Positions 40,442 through 56,865 are shown, counted from the stretch's first letter. The stretch: 64,000 nucleotides of DNA from Octopus vulgaris (GCA_951406725.2 OX597829.1:23126001-23190000); one strand, 5' to 3'. Notes: generated from the sequence alone by a model not told the origin. Program-made: numbers and translations.

Positions 40442-40538
40442 ATCCAAACAAGAAAACACAGAAAAAAAACACAGCAACGCGAGGACGTGGAACAATTAAA
40501 GTATTATTTGACGCTCAGGAAAGAAGGGCAGAAGGAGG

Positions 40539-40573
40539 GTTTAACGTTTCGAGCGGAGCTCTTCGTCGGAAAC
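40539..40573 (-). ncRNA. Minimal hammerhead-like motif in a P2 element (40437-40650)
   Basis: gttt-CCGACGA-a-gagc-tcc-gctc-GAAA-cg-TT-aaac; stem I gttt/aaac; palindromic ACGU helix III. Confidence 0.55.
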
Positions 40574-40750
40574 AAAGGAGAAGGAAAGATCCCGAGAAGG
40601 TAAGACATGGGAAAAAAATTTTTTTTGCTGGTGGTGCTCAAGAGATCACATATGTATATATATGTATATATATATATATATGTGTATATATATATACGTA
40701 TATATATGCATATATATGTATATATATATGTATATATATATATATATATA

Positions 40751-40972
40751 CTTTATTTTAAGCAGCAGAAAATTCAACAAAATCTGTTACTCTGAGTTTC
40801 TCGTTGCCGTTCATCAGACAGTTTTTGCTAGAATCTGATGAACGGCAACGAGAAACTCAGAGTAACAAATTTTGTTGAATTTTCTGCTGCTTAAAATAAA
40901 GCATATTACTCTACCACTGGTATTTGAGTACTATTTTTTCCACCTTGTTTCACATTTATGTGTTTACTACGG
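40751..40972 (+). mobile_element. Palindromic mini-element P1 with CTGATGA...GAAA motifs on both strands
   Basis: Inverted arms 40751-40817 and 40834-40901; ctgatgaacggcaacgagaaactcagagta on each strand. Confidence 0.75.
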
Positions 40973-40978
40973 TATATG

Positions 40979-41025
<47 letters not shown>

Positions 41026-41050
41026 GTATATATATATATGTATATATATG

Positions 41051-41096
<46 letters not shown>

Positions 41097-41098
41097 CA

Positions 41099-42332
41099 CG
41101 AGGTGTGTTCATTAAAGATTTCCCCAGACCCACTTTCGGTTATTACAGGAAAAAGAACTTGTACAGGTATAATCATGCATGTCTCTGCATGTCACATTGT
41201 AAATTGCAGCTTTCCACTAGTATTCATTTGTCTTTTACTGCTGCTGAAGTAGACAAAGATGTTATAATGGAGGCATTTGAATGCAGATCAGTGATTTGAA
41301 AGGTTGTACGCCAAAAGAGACTTTCGATGAGATGAAAGACGTTTATGGTGACGATGCACCATCATACGACGTAGTGCTCGGATATTAGTAGAAACTACTC
41401 CTATCCCCGGATGAACACATTCCGCCATTGATGATGACACCATCCATGAAGAGGAGGCCGCCATTTTGGAGGATCACCGCGTAACTGTTCGGTAAATAAG
41501 TGAAGATAAGCGTAGAGTCCGTGTCATTCACGACCATTTGCACATGAGGAAGTTATCTGCATGATGGATTCCCCCCGAATGCTTACACCTTTTCTGAAGT
41601 AGGAACGAATCAATTGCTCCCAGGCTCTTTTGGCAATGTGCCAAGAAAACTAGGAGGTCTTTTTCGGCAGACTTATCACGCAGGATGAAACATGATACTG
41701 AGTCCAGTCGAAGCAATGGAAGCATGATAACTCACCACCTCCAAAGAAGGCTTGTGTCTAACCCTCAGCAGACAAGGTAATGCTCACAGTCCTTTGGGAC
41801 CAGCACGGAGTAGTGATGATGAAATTTCTAGCAAAGGGCACCACAATTAACGGGCATATTATGCTTCGCTGCTGCAGAAATTGCAGGAAGCCATCAAAAC
41901 AGAGGCGTGCCATGCTGACCAAAGTAGTCTGCCTTCTCCAAGACAACGCCCCAGTACACAATGTGCATCTTAGGTAAACGAAAGCACACTCCTGCAACGA
42001 TGAAATCCTTCTTCATCCCCCTTACTCTCCCGACGTCGCACCGTTTGACTTCTAGCTCTTTCCAACCATGAAGTTTTTTTTTTTAGGGGAAGCATTTTCG
42101 GATGTAAATAATGAACTTATTTCCGTGTTAAAGTCTCGCATCCAGATGCAACCTACTGAAACATACATACATACAGACGAGGCACATACATACACTGCAT
42201 ACATACAAACATACATGCATACAGTGTGTCAACATACATACGGTACATGGCTATGTTGGGAAGGATTGATAATTTCGTTTATTCCAGTTCCTGGGAAGTG
42301 GGTTGGGGGAAATTTTTAATGAACACCCCATG
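41099..42332 (+). mobile_element. mariner (DD34D-type) transposon, transposase pseudogene
   Basis: TIRs cgaggtgtgttcattaaagatttcccc / gggggaaatttttaatgaacacccc; motifs *WIP, ITQDET, KVMLTVLWDQHGVV, LQDNAPVH, HPPYSPDVAPFDF; many stops. Confidence 0.92.
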
Positions 42333-42334
42333 TG

Positions 42335-43140
42335 CGTGTATGTGTACATACATACATAATACATACATACATTCATTCATACGTGCATGAATGCATACAT
42401 ACATACATACATACATACATACATACATACATACATACAAACACATACATACATATATACATATATACATACATACATAATACATACATACATAATACAT
42501 ATATGTATGCACACATATATACATATATATATAAAAACATACATACATGCATACATACATACATAGAAACATACATACATACAAACATACACACATACAT
42601 ACATGCATACATACAAACATACATGCATACATACATACATACAAACACATACATACATATATACATATATACATACATACATAATATATACATAATACAT
42701 ATATGTATGCACACATATATACATATATATAAAAACATACATACATGCATGCATACATACATAGAAACATACATACATACAAACATACACACATACATAC
42801 ATGTATACATACAAACATACATGCATACATACATACATACAAACATACATACATACATGCATGCATACATAAATTCATACATACATATATACATAAATAC
42901 ATGCATGCATACATACATACACACCTACATACATACATTCATACATACTTATATACATATACATACATACATGCATGCATACATACATGCATGCATACAT
43001 ACATACATACATACATACATACATACATACATGCATGCATACAAACATACATACATACATACATACATACATACATACATACATACATACATACATACAT
43101 ACATACATACATACATACATACATGTATGCATGCATACAT
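42335..43140. repeat. (TACA)n array with duplicated variant blocks
   Basis: Direct sequence. Confidence 0.95.
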
Positions 43141-43395
43141 AAGGTTATTCGCAGGTTATTACTGACAGTTTCGAAAGTTACCGATTCTGGATTATGTATC
43201 ACGTTGTTAGTGCTCTTTGATATTCCAGCCCCTAAAACAAGTATTAGAATTCGAAAGTATCCACCAATTGGGAAGTCATGTATGTCAAAACTCAGATAGG
43301 AACAAGATGCTGCTCTTTGACTAACCCTGTACATAATTACATAAATACATACATGCATGCTTACACACATACAAACAAATAGATATATGAGTGTG

Positions 43396-43436
<41 letters not shown>

Positions 43437-43439
43437 TAT

Positions 43440-43476
43440 CTATTAGTTTCAGTTACTGGACGGCAGCCATGCAGAA

Positions 43477-43570
<94 letters not shown>

Positions 43571-43835
43571 GGAACTGCTATGTTACGTAGGACGTGAACA
43601 AACCAACAGCGACTCTCAAGCGGTTGTGGGAGACAAACACATACACAAGGACACATACGCGCGCAAAAATATGTGCACATATGTACGACGAACTTCTTTT
43701 AATTTCCATCTACCAAATCTGCTATCAAGACTGTCGAACCGGGGCTATAGTAGAAGACAATTGCCCAAGATGTCACACAGTGAAACTGAACTCGGGACCA
43801 TGTAGCTGGGAAGAACGCTTCTTAACACACAACCA
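43440..43835 (-). mobile_element. Diverged SINE B with (TA)n expansion
   Basis: SINE B modules. Confidence 0.7.
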
Positions 43836-43916
43836 TATGTACACACACACATACATATGGTAATATTAGCACAAACACTCATACGTGTACATATATAAAT
43901 ATATATATATATGTAT

Positions 43917-43979
<63 letters not shown>

Positions 43980-44232
43980 TATGTATGATGCATGAGTGTT
44001 TGTGCTAATATATACCATATATATATATATATATATATCAATAATAATAAAGGGTAAAATTAATTAATCAATTAATAATTAATAATTTTACCAAAGAGTT
44101 CGGTATGTAAAAAAAAAACATTATCGGTAACCTTATACAAAAATTCTATATAATTATAAGCATAATTATAATTAGTATGTGGTGAAGCAAATTTTTCTGA
44201 ACCCTAATTATAATTATGCTTATAATTATAGA

Positions 44233-44279
<47 letters not shown>

Positions 44280-44280
<1 letters not shown>

Positions 44281-44370
44281 CGGAGTAAACACATAAATGT
44301 GAAACAAGGTGGAAAAAAAGAGTGAGTACTCTTTTTTTCCACCTTGTTTCACATTTATGTGCTTACTCCG
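44280..44370. mobile_element. P1 tail-only palindrome inside (TA)n
   Basis: ccggagtaaacacataaatgtgaaacaaggtggaaaaaaagagt and its reverse complement back to back. Confidence 0.8.
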
Positions 44371-44481
<111 letters not shown>

Positions 44482-44508
44482 TAGATATAGATATAGATAT
44501 AGATATAT

Positions 44509-44558
<50 letters not shown>

Positions 44559-44977
44559 AAAAAATATATATAAAAATACAAAATGGGACAAGAACGCAAA
44601 ACATTCAAATAGACGATACAAAAAACGGACGGGCATTCGAAGCTTCTAATCTTCAGTCAAGAACCGGATCATCCTCGCAATTTCGGCTGATTAATCTTGA
44701 GATTGGTCCGATCTGGCCAGCCCCAAGGAAAAACTAAGCTACGAGCATTATGTTTCTTGGGAAAAGGATCGAATATATACAAAACAAGGACAGAAAAACG
44801 GACGACGTTACACGAACATACATACATATATATTAATATATTCTTTGCATGTACCACGTCCTCTCGTTGTTGCTTTTTTCTTGTCCTTTTTGCTCCGCTT
44901 CGAGCTTTCTAAGAGTGACTAAAGTTGTCAAGAACTCAACTGTCAGTGAAACACATACATATATACGTATATGTATG

Positions 44978-45033
<56 letters not shown>

Positions 45034-45035
45034 TT

Positions 45036-45095
<60 letters not shown>

Positions 45096-45349
45096 TATAC
45101 ATGCATACATACACACATACATACATACATACATATATATACATACATACATACATATATATACATACATACATACATACATACATACAAACATACATAC
45201 ATATACATACATACATACATACATATATACATACATACACACACACACACATACATACATACATACACACACACATACATACATACATACATACATACAT
45301 ACATACATACATACATACATACATACATACATACATACATGCATGCATA

Positions 45350-45592
45350 CGTTTGGAATTCTTGTCCGGTCTATAGAAGAAATCCATACCGTAGATATTG
45401 AACTCATAAGATCCTGGCATCAACTGGAAACTTCCAAAAAATTAGTGTTATTGATGGGCTCCACTTGCGAAGAGATGATGGAGGTAGAATCTTGCGATCA
45501 GTGCAGCCAGCATTCGAATGTCGTAAAGTCACTCCCAGAAAATGCATAGACTCAGTGCTGAAATGCGAAGAGAACAACATCCTATGTGTCGG
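45350..45592 (+). pseudogene. R4-like LINE RT thumb-region fragment after (TACA)n
   Basis: Frameshifted [24 protein letters not shown]...[13 protein letters not shown], like FGI..W..EE...D..TRK.L...DRLY..R..GGRG. Confidence 0.6.
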
Positions 45593-45679
45593 TTGTTAGC
45601 ATAGCAATATATATATACGTAGTGGGACTGAACCCGGAACCATGTGGCAGGCTACTTACCACACAGCCACTCCTGCGCC

Positions 45680-45738
<59 letters not shown>

Positions 45739-46269
45739 ATGTGTGTATGTATATACGGCGGGCGTCTTTCAGTTTCCATCTACCAAATCCATTCACAAGG
45801 TTTTAGTCAGCCCGCGGCTATAGTAGAAGACACTTGCGCAAGATGCCACGCAGTGGGACTGAACGCGGAACCATGTGGTTGGGAAGCAAGCTACTTACCA
45901 CACAGCCACGCCTTAGGAATTGTATAAGAAAAATCGTTGAAGTGTTTTATGTATTATAGAAATATAACCAGTTTATTGCACATAGATTTTATATTTAGAG
46001 TTTATATTTAGATTTTAACAAAGAAATCTTACATAGAGTGCCATGGAGCCATATGGACCCCCAAGGAGCCCCCGATTGAGAACCACTGATGTAGACGATT
46101 GTGGCTACTGCTGTTGCTGATGTTGTTGTCGTTGTTGCAGCTGCTGTTGGTGTTTGAATTACTGCGGTGGTAGAGGTGTTTGTAGTGGGGGTAAGTAGTG
46201 GGGTAGTAGTGGGGTAGTAGTAGTAGTAGTGGTTGTTATGGTGGTTGTGGTATATACATACATACATAT

Positions 46270-47000
46270 ATGATGTTGTGGCTGGGACGCTCTATAATGA
46301 AATCCGTCGAAAGGATAACCCTCAAGGACAAAGAAATAAGAATCCATAGTATGGTAGAAGCCATAGCCACTCATAATGAAAAGGAATACTGCTGTAATAT
46401 CCCAGTGAAGACCTCAATAAAATGTTAGCACAACAGACCTGATACAATGATTAGGGATAGAGAAAAGAAGTTGTGCACAGTTGTGGAAATCAGCTGCCCA
46501 GCAGATGTTAATATAAAGCTGAAGATCAGTGAAAAAAGGGAATACCTATGCTGAACTATTGAGAAATCTATAATTACTCTATCCAGATTACAAAATCAGG
46601 TTTATACCTGTAATTATTGGGGCCCTTGCATATGTAACACACTGCTTAAATACCAATCTTGAGAAATTAGGCTTCTCAAAAGCAGAAAGGAAAAAACTGA
46701 CTCGAAAACTACAGATCCAATCCATCTGCAACTGCAAAAATCTGTGAAACTTTCCAGAAGTTTATCATTTAAGTATATATGAGCATGTCTAGATATGCAA
46801 CTATATGCATGAGAATATATGCAGAAAACAAAACATACATATCTGCACATATACATACATACCTATATACATGCATACCTAGAAACATAATAAAATACCG
46901 TCATTGATGTTTAAATTCCAATGAAGGAGTCTTGCATCTAGGTTAGAAACCCGCTCTTTCTCTATTGGCAAAAAATCTTGAAATAAGACTAAATAATGAC
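46270..47000 (+). pseudogene. R4-like LINE RLE endonuclease end plus 3'UTR, flanked by TACA repeats
   Basis: NIPVKTSIKC*HNRPDTMIRDREKKLCTVVEISCPAD...FIPVIIGAL...LEKLGF. Confidence 0.8.
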
Positions 47001-47043
47001 TCACATACATAGATACATACTTTAATACATACGCACATATTCA

Positions 47044-47094
<51 letters not shown>

Positions 47095-47106
47095 ATACAT
47101 ACATAT

Positions 47107-47186
<80 letters not shown>

Positions 47187-47198
47187 ATACATACATAT

Positions 47199-47233
<35 letters not shown>

Positions 47234-47448
47234 CTAGACTTACAACCCAGCCTTGCCCAGTAAAGTATTCATGGAATTGTTTGTCATGTTTGTAGGGTGG
47301 GAATTCGTGGTACTTATGCATGTATATATATATATATTTAACCTAACTTCTGGACTTATTTAATTGGAATCATCCAAACAATAGTAATTAATTTACATGA
47401 GTAGAAGCTTTTTTTTAAACAATTTTTTATCCTGAAAATCACCGGTTA

Positions 47449-47577
47449 CTTTTGTTTTAAAGTGAAAGAGAGGACAAAGTGAAAGATGTATAAATGTGTA
47501 TATGAAATGGACGTGTGTATGTGTGTGTGTGTGAGACAGAGAGAGCCACTTACGTATACATGTTCACTCACTCACTT

Positions 47578-47622
<45 letters not shown>

Positions 47623-47887
47623 GACACACACGTACATAATAAAGATGTACGCATATGTATTGATGTATGACAACACCCCCCCCCTTCACTCACTCACCTT
47701 TCTCCCTCGCTCATCTTCTCATCATCTTTCTCTCTTTCTCTCTCTTCCTCTCTCTCGTTTTTCTCTCTTTTCCTCTCTCTCTCTCTCTGTCTCTCTTCCT
47801 TTCTTTCCCTCTTTCACACACCCGTCCATTTCATATACATGTGCATACAGCTTTTACTTTCTCATCCCTTTCACTTTAAAACAAACG
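47449..47887. mobile_element. TA-flanked MITE with ~65-bp TIRs
   Basis: tttgttttaaagtgaaag...tatatgaaatggacg vs cgtccatttcatata...ctttcactttaaaacaaa; TA at 47447-47448 and 47888-47889. Confidence 0.75.
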
Positions 47888-48249
47888 TATTTAGATAAAA
47901 ATGTTTACGGAAGTTAACGAACTCCGGATGATGAAATCACATTCAGTTAAAAATATTTCTAAATGGTTCAAATATTGTGTAAATATTGTGTACATCAAAA
48001 AGTCAACGTTCTTCTTTTTTTTTGTGTGTGTGTGTTGACGTCACGGAAGCCATGTTTTTTTTCGTCAAGAAATAACAAACAAAAATTGTGTTTAATCGTT
48101 TAAATAGAGGTCCAAATATCACAAAAGAATTGTACCGTACTGACGAAGGTAAGTATGAAAATATATATGCAAAAAAATTAACATAAAATATACTATTCCT
48201 GAGATATTTCGTGTACACACAAACATCTCTAGAGTTTTAGTATAATTGA

Positions 48250-48323
<74 letters not shown>

Positions 48324-48355
48324 GTATGTATGTATGTATGTATAAGAAAAAGGCG

Positions 48356-48399
<44 letters not shown>

Positions 48400-48405
<6 letters not shown>

Positions 48406-48765
48406 TGTGAGTGTCTCATATATATATGTGATTTAATATTTCGCTTAAGCATTGCAAGACCATTTTAATGCATAATTTTTCGCGTGTCGATGGCGGCGGG
48501 TTGCGTCATGGTCACACCGCCTGTTGCTTCTCCCCTTCTTCCTCCTCGTGAAGCTGTGGGGAAGGGAGTGTAAGGAAATCAACGTCGTAAAGCGTTGTCA
48601 CGGAGACCAGCGTTCTTTTAGAACAACGACTTCATGGCTTGAAGACACCAAAACAGAAATGGCTAAGACAGCCCGAATTGGCATCTATAAGGGAAGTAAC
48701 TCTCTAAAAATGCTTATATAGTTATTTCCCTTACAAACCCGAGCAACGTCGGGTGATACTGCTAG
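48400..48765 (+). mobile_element. Helitron-type family H, internally deleted copy
   Basis: 3' cccgagcaacgtcggg hairpin then gCTAG-T; homology to 61925-62927. Confidence 0.8.
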
Positions 48766-49351
48766 TATTATATATATATATACACCTAATTAATTATCTT
48801 GATCTTAACCACAAGGGAAGTTGGCCACTGAGCTAAAAAAAATGTGCATTTTGAAATTGGCAACAGTTTAAAACTATGCAATAGCAATTCACGTAAGAGC
48901 GAAATTGTAAACCGTATCTCAAAATTGGGGGTCGTACTTTACATTTTGTAACGCGAAATACTGTATTGGAGGTTGCGATCGAATCCCCAACCAGTTTTCA
49001 CAGGATCTCCTAACAATAATGTAAACTTCATATAATCGAGGCCTGAAGAGTAACTTGCAGTCTATTCTCTCGTTTGGATAATTTACTTCTTCCGAGGTTC
49101 CGCTAGCTATGAAGCATACGTAGCCTGGCTTTTATTTACTCCATTCCCTAAATTTTGGATATATATATATAAGGAGAATAGACAAAAAAAAACAACAACA
49201 AAAGAGGAAGACAGGTGGTATAGACAACAAACAGATGTAATAGTATAGCAGAAAGAAACAAGGAGAGAAAATAAAGAATGTGTAGTGGCTAGCGATCTAT
49301 CATGGCAAATACATATATATATATATATATATATATATGTGTATACATATT

Positions 49352-49682
<331 letters not shown>

Positions 49683-49688
49683 TATACG

Positions 49689-49735
<47 letters not shown>

Positions 49736-49781
49736 TATATCATATATATATATATATCATATATATCATTATATATCATAT

Positions 49782-49822
<41 letters not shown>

Positions 49823-49844
49823 TATATATCATTATATATCATAT

Positions 49845-49895
<51 letters not shown>

Positions 49896-50197
49896 AGAAT
49901 TCACCAAAAAAAAAAAAAAAGACGAAGACAGGTGATATAATGCTCGGGAAGTGAAAAAGTCTTTAACGTTTCAAGCCTACGCTCTTCCGCAGAAAGGAAC
50001 ACAGAAAGAAACAAGGAGAGAACATAAAGAATGTGTAGTGGCTGGCGAATACACAGAGAGAGATAGAGAGACAGAAACAGAGAGACCAAAGACAGAGAGG
50101 GGAAAACATACTGAGTGATAGACAGATAGATGTAAAGTTAATTGAAATTCTAATAAGATTAATAAGATAATAAGATTAATAAGAATTCTAATAAGAT

Positions 50198-50608
50198 AGG
50201 CGCAGGAGTGGCTGTTTGGTAAGTAGCTTGCTAACCAACCACATGGTTCCGGGTTCAGTCCCACTGCATGGCATCTTGGGCAAGTGTCTTCTGCTATAGC
50301 CCCGGGCCGACCAATGCCTTGTGAGTGGATTTGGTAGATGGAAACTGAAAGAAGCCTGTCGTATATATGTATATATATATATAAGTGTGTGTGAATATGT
50401 TTGTGTCACTGTGTTTGTCCCCCTAGCATTGCTTGACAACCGATGCTGGTGTGTTTACGTCCCCGTCACTTAGCGGTTCGGCAAAAGAGACCGATAGAAT
50501 ATGTACTGGGCTTACAAAGAATAAGTCCCGGGGTCGATTTGCTCGACTAAAGCATGGCCGCAGTCAAATGACTGAAACAAGTAAAAAGAGTAAAAAGAGT
50601 AAAAAAGA
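50198..50608 (+). mobile_element. SINE B, full length
   Basis: All modules present. Confidence 0.9.
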
Positions 50609-50784
50609 TTAATGAAACATTAATGCGTAAAAAGCAATTTTATTTAGTCTGCGAAACATTGATTTAAAAAATTAATTAATTGATTAATTGATTAAAAAAA
50701 ACATGCTTTGACTTAGTTATTAGTCATCAACAGATATTTACTCATTTCACAGTGGTCAGCTTTGTTTACATTGCGTTTCACAAA

Positions 50785-51220
50785 CCACCACCAACACCAA
50801 CACCAACAACAACACAACACTACCACCACCACAATCACCACCACCACCACCACCACCATCATTAACACCACTAACACCACCAATTTTACTACCTTTACCA
50901 CCACTACCACTACCATCATCATCATCATCACCATCATCATAACCACCACCGCCACCCTCCCACGCCGCCACCACCACCACCACCACCACCACCACCACCA
51001 CCACCACCGACAACAACAACAGTAACAATAACGATAACAATAACACCACCACCATTACTAATAATATCATAACGACCAATACTACTACTACTACCACAAC
51101 CATCACGACCATCAATGCCACCATTATCGCCACCACCATCACCACCACCACCAACAACAACAACAACACCTTCGTAACGTTCACCACCAGCACCGCCTAC
51201 AACAACCACCAACACTAATA
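50785..51220. repeat. Degenerate (CAC)n/(CAA)n trinucleotide low-complexity tract
   Basis: Direct sequence. Confidence 0.9.
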
Positions 51221-51823
51221 GCATAAGCAAAGATTTGATCATTAGTTTCAGAGAGAGAGAGAGAGAGAGAGAGGAAGACGGTAAGAGACAGAGACAGAGA
51301 GAGAGAGAGAGAGAGAGGGAGAGACTGTGAGCGTGAGAGAGAGACGGTGAGAGAGGGATTTTTTTGTATATGGGAAAGACGAAAACACTAATTTCTCAAG
51401 GAATCCAGTGAGATAAACGTAGATTTTTTGAGGTCATTTGGTTTGGTGGAAACAACAACAATACGAACTACAACAACAACAACAACAACAATAGGCAGCA
51501 GTAGCAGCAAGTACATAGAAGAGCTTTGGGAAAGAAAAGGAGAGTGGAATTCTATTAGTTGCCATCAGAGGGAAAACACCAAAATGAATTCATTAACACA
51601 TCTTTATTAGACGCGATAATGATATAAATACACCATGGGATTAATATATACATACATACATACATACATACATACATACATACATACATACATACATACC
51701 TACATACAGACATACATGCAGACATACACACATACATGCATGCAGACATACATACATACATACATGCAGACATACATACATACATACATACATACATACT
51801 TGCAGACATACATACATACATAC

Positions 51824-51854
<31 letters not shown>

Positions 51855-52174
51855 CATACATACATACATACATACATACATACATACATACATAGATTCA
51901 TGCATGCATTAATGTATACATTCATTCATACACGTACAGACATACGTACGTACATATATACGCAATACATTCATACATACATACATGCAGATGTACATAC
52001 ATGCATGCATACATACATATATACATACATACATACATATAATATATATATGTAGACATACATTCATACATACATACATGTATGTATACATACATACATA
52101 CAAACATACATACATGCATACATTCATACATGCATGCATACATACATACATACATACATACATACATACATACA

Positions 52175-52208
<34 letters not shown>

Positions 52209-52310
52209 CATACATACGTACATACATACAAACATACATACATTCATACATACATCTATACATACAATTACGCATGAATTACATTTTATTTATACTTACA
52301 TGAATATATA

Positions 52311-52989
<679 letters not shown>

Positions 52990-54279
52990 TGTATGTACTT
53001 ATGCATAAATCACACAAATACACACACATATACATATACACACACATATTCATATATACACACGCACACATACGTACATGTGTGTGTGTGTGCACACACA
53101 CAAGCAATGCATCCCGACGTTGCTCGAGTCCTATGTCCTACAGTTACATTATATTATTTGCTTCTTTATTGTCCACGGGGGCTAAACATAGAAAGGATAT
53201 ATATTATTATTTATTCCTTTCTTATGGGCAGAATCGGCACACGAAGAATATGAAGCAAACAACTCGTTTTTATGATCATGTTTTACGTTTATTTTCTGAT
53301 GAACAACGCTGCAGTTTCTGTCCACCATATTTAGTCACAAGTCTGTGGTTGGCCTAGGGCTATAGTAGAAAACACTTGCCCAAGGTGCCATGTAGAGTGC
53401 CTGAACGTGAAACCATATGGTTGGGATGCACCTAATGTGTGTGTGTGTGTGTGTGTGTGTATACATTTGTTGTTAAATCGAGTATTGTGTCAAAGTTAAC
53501 AGTTCATCAAGCAGAGATCTATAAAATAAATGCCAGATTGAAATACTTACTGAGGTCAGTATGATCAATTAAATTTTTGAAGGTGATACCCCGTCGTGGT
53601 GACAGTTGAAAGACTAAACCCAGTGAAATAAAGCTTAAAGACGTAATGGCTTCAAATTTAACGAGTTCAAAACTTCATATTGACCTTCCACTCCATACGA
53701 TAACAGTATATGTACATCTCAGTCTACTTGGCTTCCAACAATTAACAATTGTAATTTGAAGTTGAACGGTTAGCAGTAAGAAAGGGGTCCACATTTCTTT
53801 AAAAATTATTGTGCAAAATATTCTGAGAAAAAGTATTTTTTTCACAACAGAACACACACATGCACACGAACACACAGGTATTTCTGTGGTAATTTGAGCT
53901 ATTTCAAATAACAACCAAATCTCTCTTGAAACACCTCCTTTTATCAAAAGGAAGACACAAATTTACAGTATTTCAGGAAGAAGAAAAAAAAACAAAACTA
54001 TGCGATGGGGTGGGATACATCAGAGGCAACTCTGGGTTAAACAAAACACAGACAAACATTAAAAGATTATCTACTAAATAATATATATATATATATATAT
54101 ATACATTCTATTGGCCAAGCACACTTGTTGTACAAGTGTGATTAGCAAATGAGTGTGTAGGGGGGGGGCGTGGGTTTTTGAGGCCAACGACAAAAAACGA
54201 AAAGAATAAGAGCTTGCTGAAAATTGAAAGTCTTGAAGTTTTTACACTTAACTGTCTCAAGCCACCCCGTTTTCACGAT

Positions 54280-54326
<47 letters not shown>

Positions 54327-54787
54327 ACACACACACACACATACATACATACATACATACATACATACATACATACATACATACATACATACATACATAC
54401 ATACGTACGTACGTACATTCGACGGGCTTCTTTCAGTTTCCGTCTACCAAATCTACTCACAAGGCTTTGAACAGCCAGCGGTTACATTAGAAGACACTCG
54501 CTCAAGTGCCACTCAGTGGGCCTGAATCCGAGACCATATGATTGGAAGACATACTTCTTACCAGCCAAAATAAAATTGAAATTTTTTTTAAACAGTGAAG
54601 GCTTGAACAACACCATGTTGAAGAATGCGGATTATACACGGATTCCAGTTCACTTTGTCATTGATAAAGAGAAGATGAGATGTTTTACCTATTAGTTTGG
54701 TGGTGGCAGTAATGATGGTAGAGACGGTAATTTTAAATTAGAGAACAACTATACAGTTCTAATATTTCCATTTGGGTGGATGTTAAT

Positions 54788-55496
54788 TACGGATGGCCAC
54801 AAAATCACGCACTATGGGAGATATCAAGCATGCTTTATTAGCAATGATTTAGGTAATCCATTACAAATGTTCAAAGTATTGGCCATGTGACTCTAAACAA
54901 GTGTTCATATGGAATTTGAAATTACAATGAACCCTCTCAAACAACTCTTCTTGTCATTGACTTGTTCACATGCTTCAGCAATTCTTTGAAGAAGATGTCC
55001 TTGGTCAGAAATCTTTTCAGAATACACAAGGGATTTAATGTAACCTCAGAATAAAAGTCCATTGGAGTTAAATCTGGTGTCTGTGGTGCCCATTCAATTG
55101 GCCCGCGACGCCCGAGCCATCTCCCAGGATAATGTTCATTCAGAAAATCATGAACCTGTAATTCATAATGGGGTTCCACCCCATCCTGCTGAAACCAGGC
55201 AGGATTTTCCCTTCCAAATTAATGTATGTGAGGCATTATCTTGTTGCCAAGCATGTTCAGATATGAATCACCGGTCACAGAACCTTCAAAATAAAATGGT
55301 CCAATTATTTGATTGTGCCAAATCCCACACTACACCATTACCTTGCCCCCACCTTGTTGATTATCTGCCTTCATTCAATAAGGATTGGTTTGTGAGTGAT
55401 ATCGCGAATTGTGAAAAGAGATTTAAAAAAAGAGAGAGAGAGTGTTAGCAATTTCACATACTGCATGATGGTGCGTGACTTTATGGCCACCCTGTA
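54788..55496 (-). mobile_element. Internally deleted Tc1/mariner-superfamily element
   Basis: TIRs ta-cggatggccacaaaatcacgcac / gtgcgtgactttatggccaccctg-ta; FLNEHYPGRWLGRRGPIEWAPQTPDLTPMDF (WPPRSPDL-type motif). Confidence 0.85.
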
Positions 55497-55794
55497 TAAT
55501 TAAAATGATAAATATTTTGTGTATTGTTGAAGTATAACCAATTTATTGGGCCCGCAAGAGTTACACAGATCCCTGTTGAGGACCACTGCTTTAGAAGTAC
55601 GATGTTTCAAGGAGATTTGCCTGATATTTCTAGCGTGTTGATCGACCACATATAAGGCCTCCCTGCCTCAAATCGTCCGCTGGTTGTTGTGCAGCATATA
55701 TCTACGTGCACTCAAATGAATAGTCAAGCTTAAAAACTTCTGGAAGCTTAGTGTCGGGGTAAGGTGGTATTCTGAAAGCTGAAAAGAAAGGAGA

Positions 55795-55997
55795 TAATAT
55801 TGATTTCAAATTTTGGGCTCAAGGCCAGTAATTTCAGGGTAGGGAGTAAGTCGATTAGATCGACCCCAATACGCAACTGGTACTTATTTTATCGACCCTG
55901 AAAGGATGAAAGGCAAAGTCGACCTCGGTGGAATTTGAACGCAGAATGTGAAGACGGACGAAATGCCGCTAAGCATTTTGCCCAGCGCAGTAGCAAT
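55795..55997 (-). mobile_element. SINE A2
   Basis: B-box, central domain, A2 tail. Confidence 0.85.
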
Positions 55998-56502
55998 TTT
56001 CCCTTTGGTACATCAGATATTTCGTGGTTTTATCAGTTCCTGTATATTGAAAGAATATCTTCCTAAGTGGTGACTAATATTCCGGTCAAGACTAGTTTGC
56101 TTATCAATGCAAGCAAAAAGCTTCAAAATAGTCATTTTCGAGGTCATTTCGGCCATGTCTCAAGCTCGTGTGAGCTGGCATATCTGCAGTGCTGCTTTTA
56201 AGTTATGTTATTATACGTGCAGTTTCCTTTTTTTAATAAATAATACATGAGCATGTTATCAAAAATGAACTTACACGCATCCAGATGTTGCTAAATAATT
56301 TATCGACTGCCAACCTCCGGCCTGTTGTTAACTTGGGGTCCTAGTCTGTCTATAATGTTTTAATCCAAATGAAAATAAAAATTACATGTTCACACTCGCA
56401 GGGGTCTAACACTATTCTTATAAAATTTGATTTGATTTGGTGGAGCCGTTTGAGAATGCATAGGAAACAGACTGGCAAACAAATAATTTTATATAGAGAG
56501 AT

Positions 56503-56554
<52 letters not shown>

Positions 56555-56810
56555 GAAAAAACGTCGTCAGTATTTGGAGAAAAATCTTTTATTTCTTCAT
56601 TATTATTAGCGCTTTCGTTCGTTTCTCGAACTTGTCAAATAAAATTTTGTGAAAGTAAAAACAACTTGTTCATTTATATAAAATAGACGGTTTGGTGGGG
56701 TGGGGGTTAGAATAAGAGAACATTGCTTTTGTTTTTGGGGGTAAGGTTCTATTGACAATAGAGATGGATAGATAGAAATATTGGTAGGTAGGTAGATAGA
56801 TAGATATATT

Positions 56811-56865
<55 letters not shown>

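Noticed and set aside
43141-43330. Tc1-like end (tacagggt on the minus strand)
   Set aside because: No partner TIR or transposase motif found, so not called.
50713-51242. Gly/Val- or His/Thr-rich protein exon
   Set aside because: Degenerate trinucleotide tract open in several frames on both strands; no splice support.
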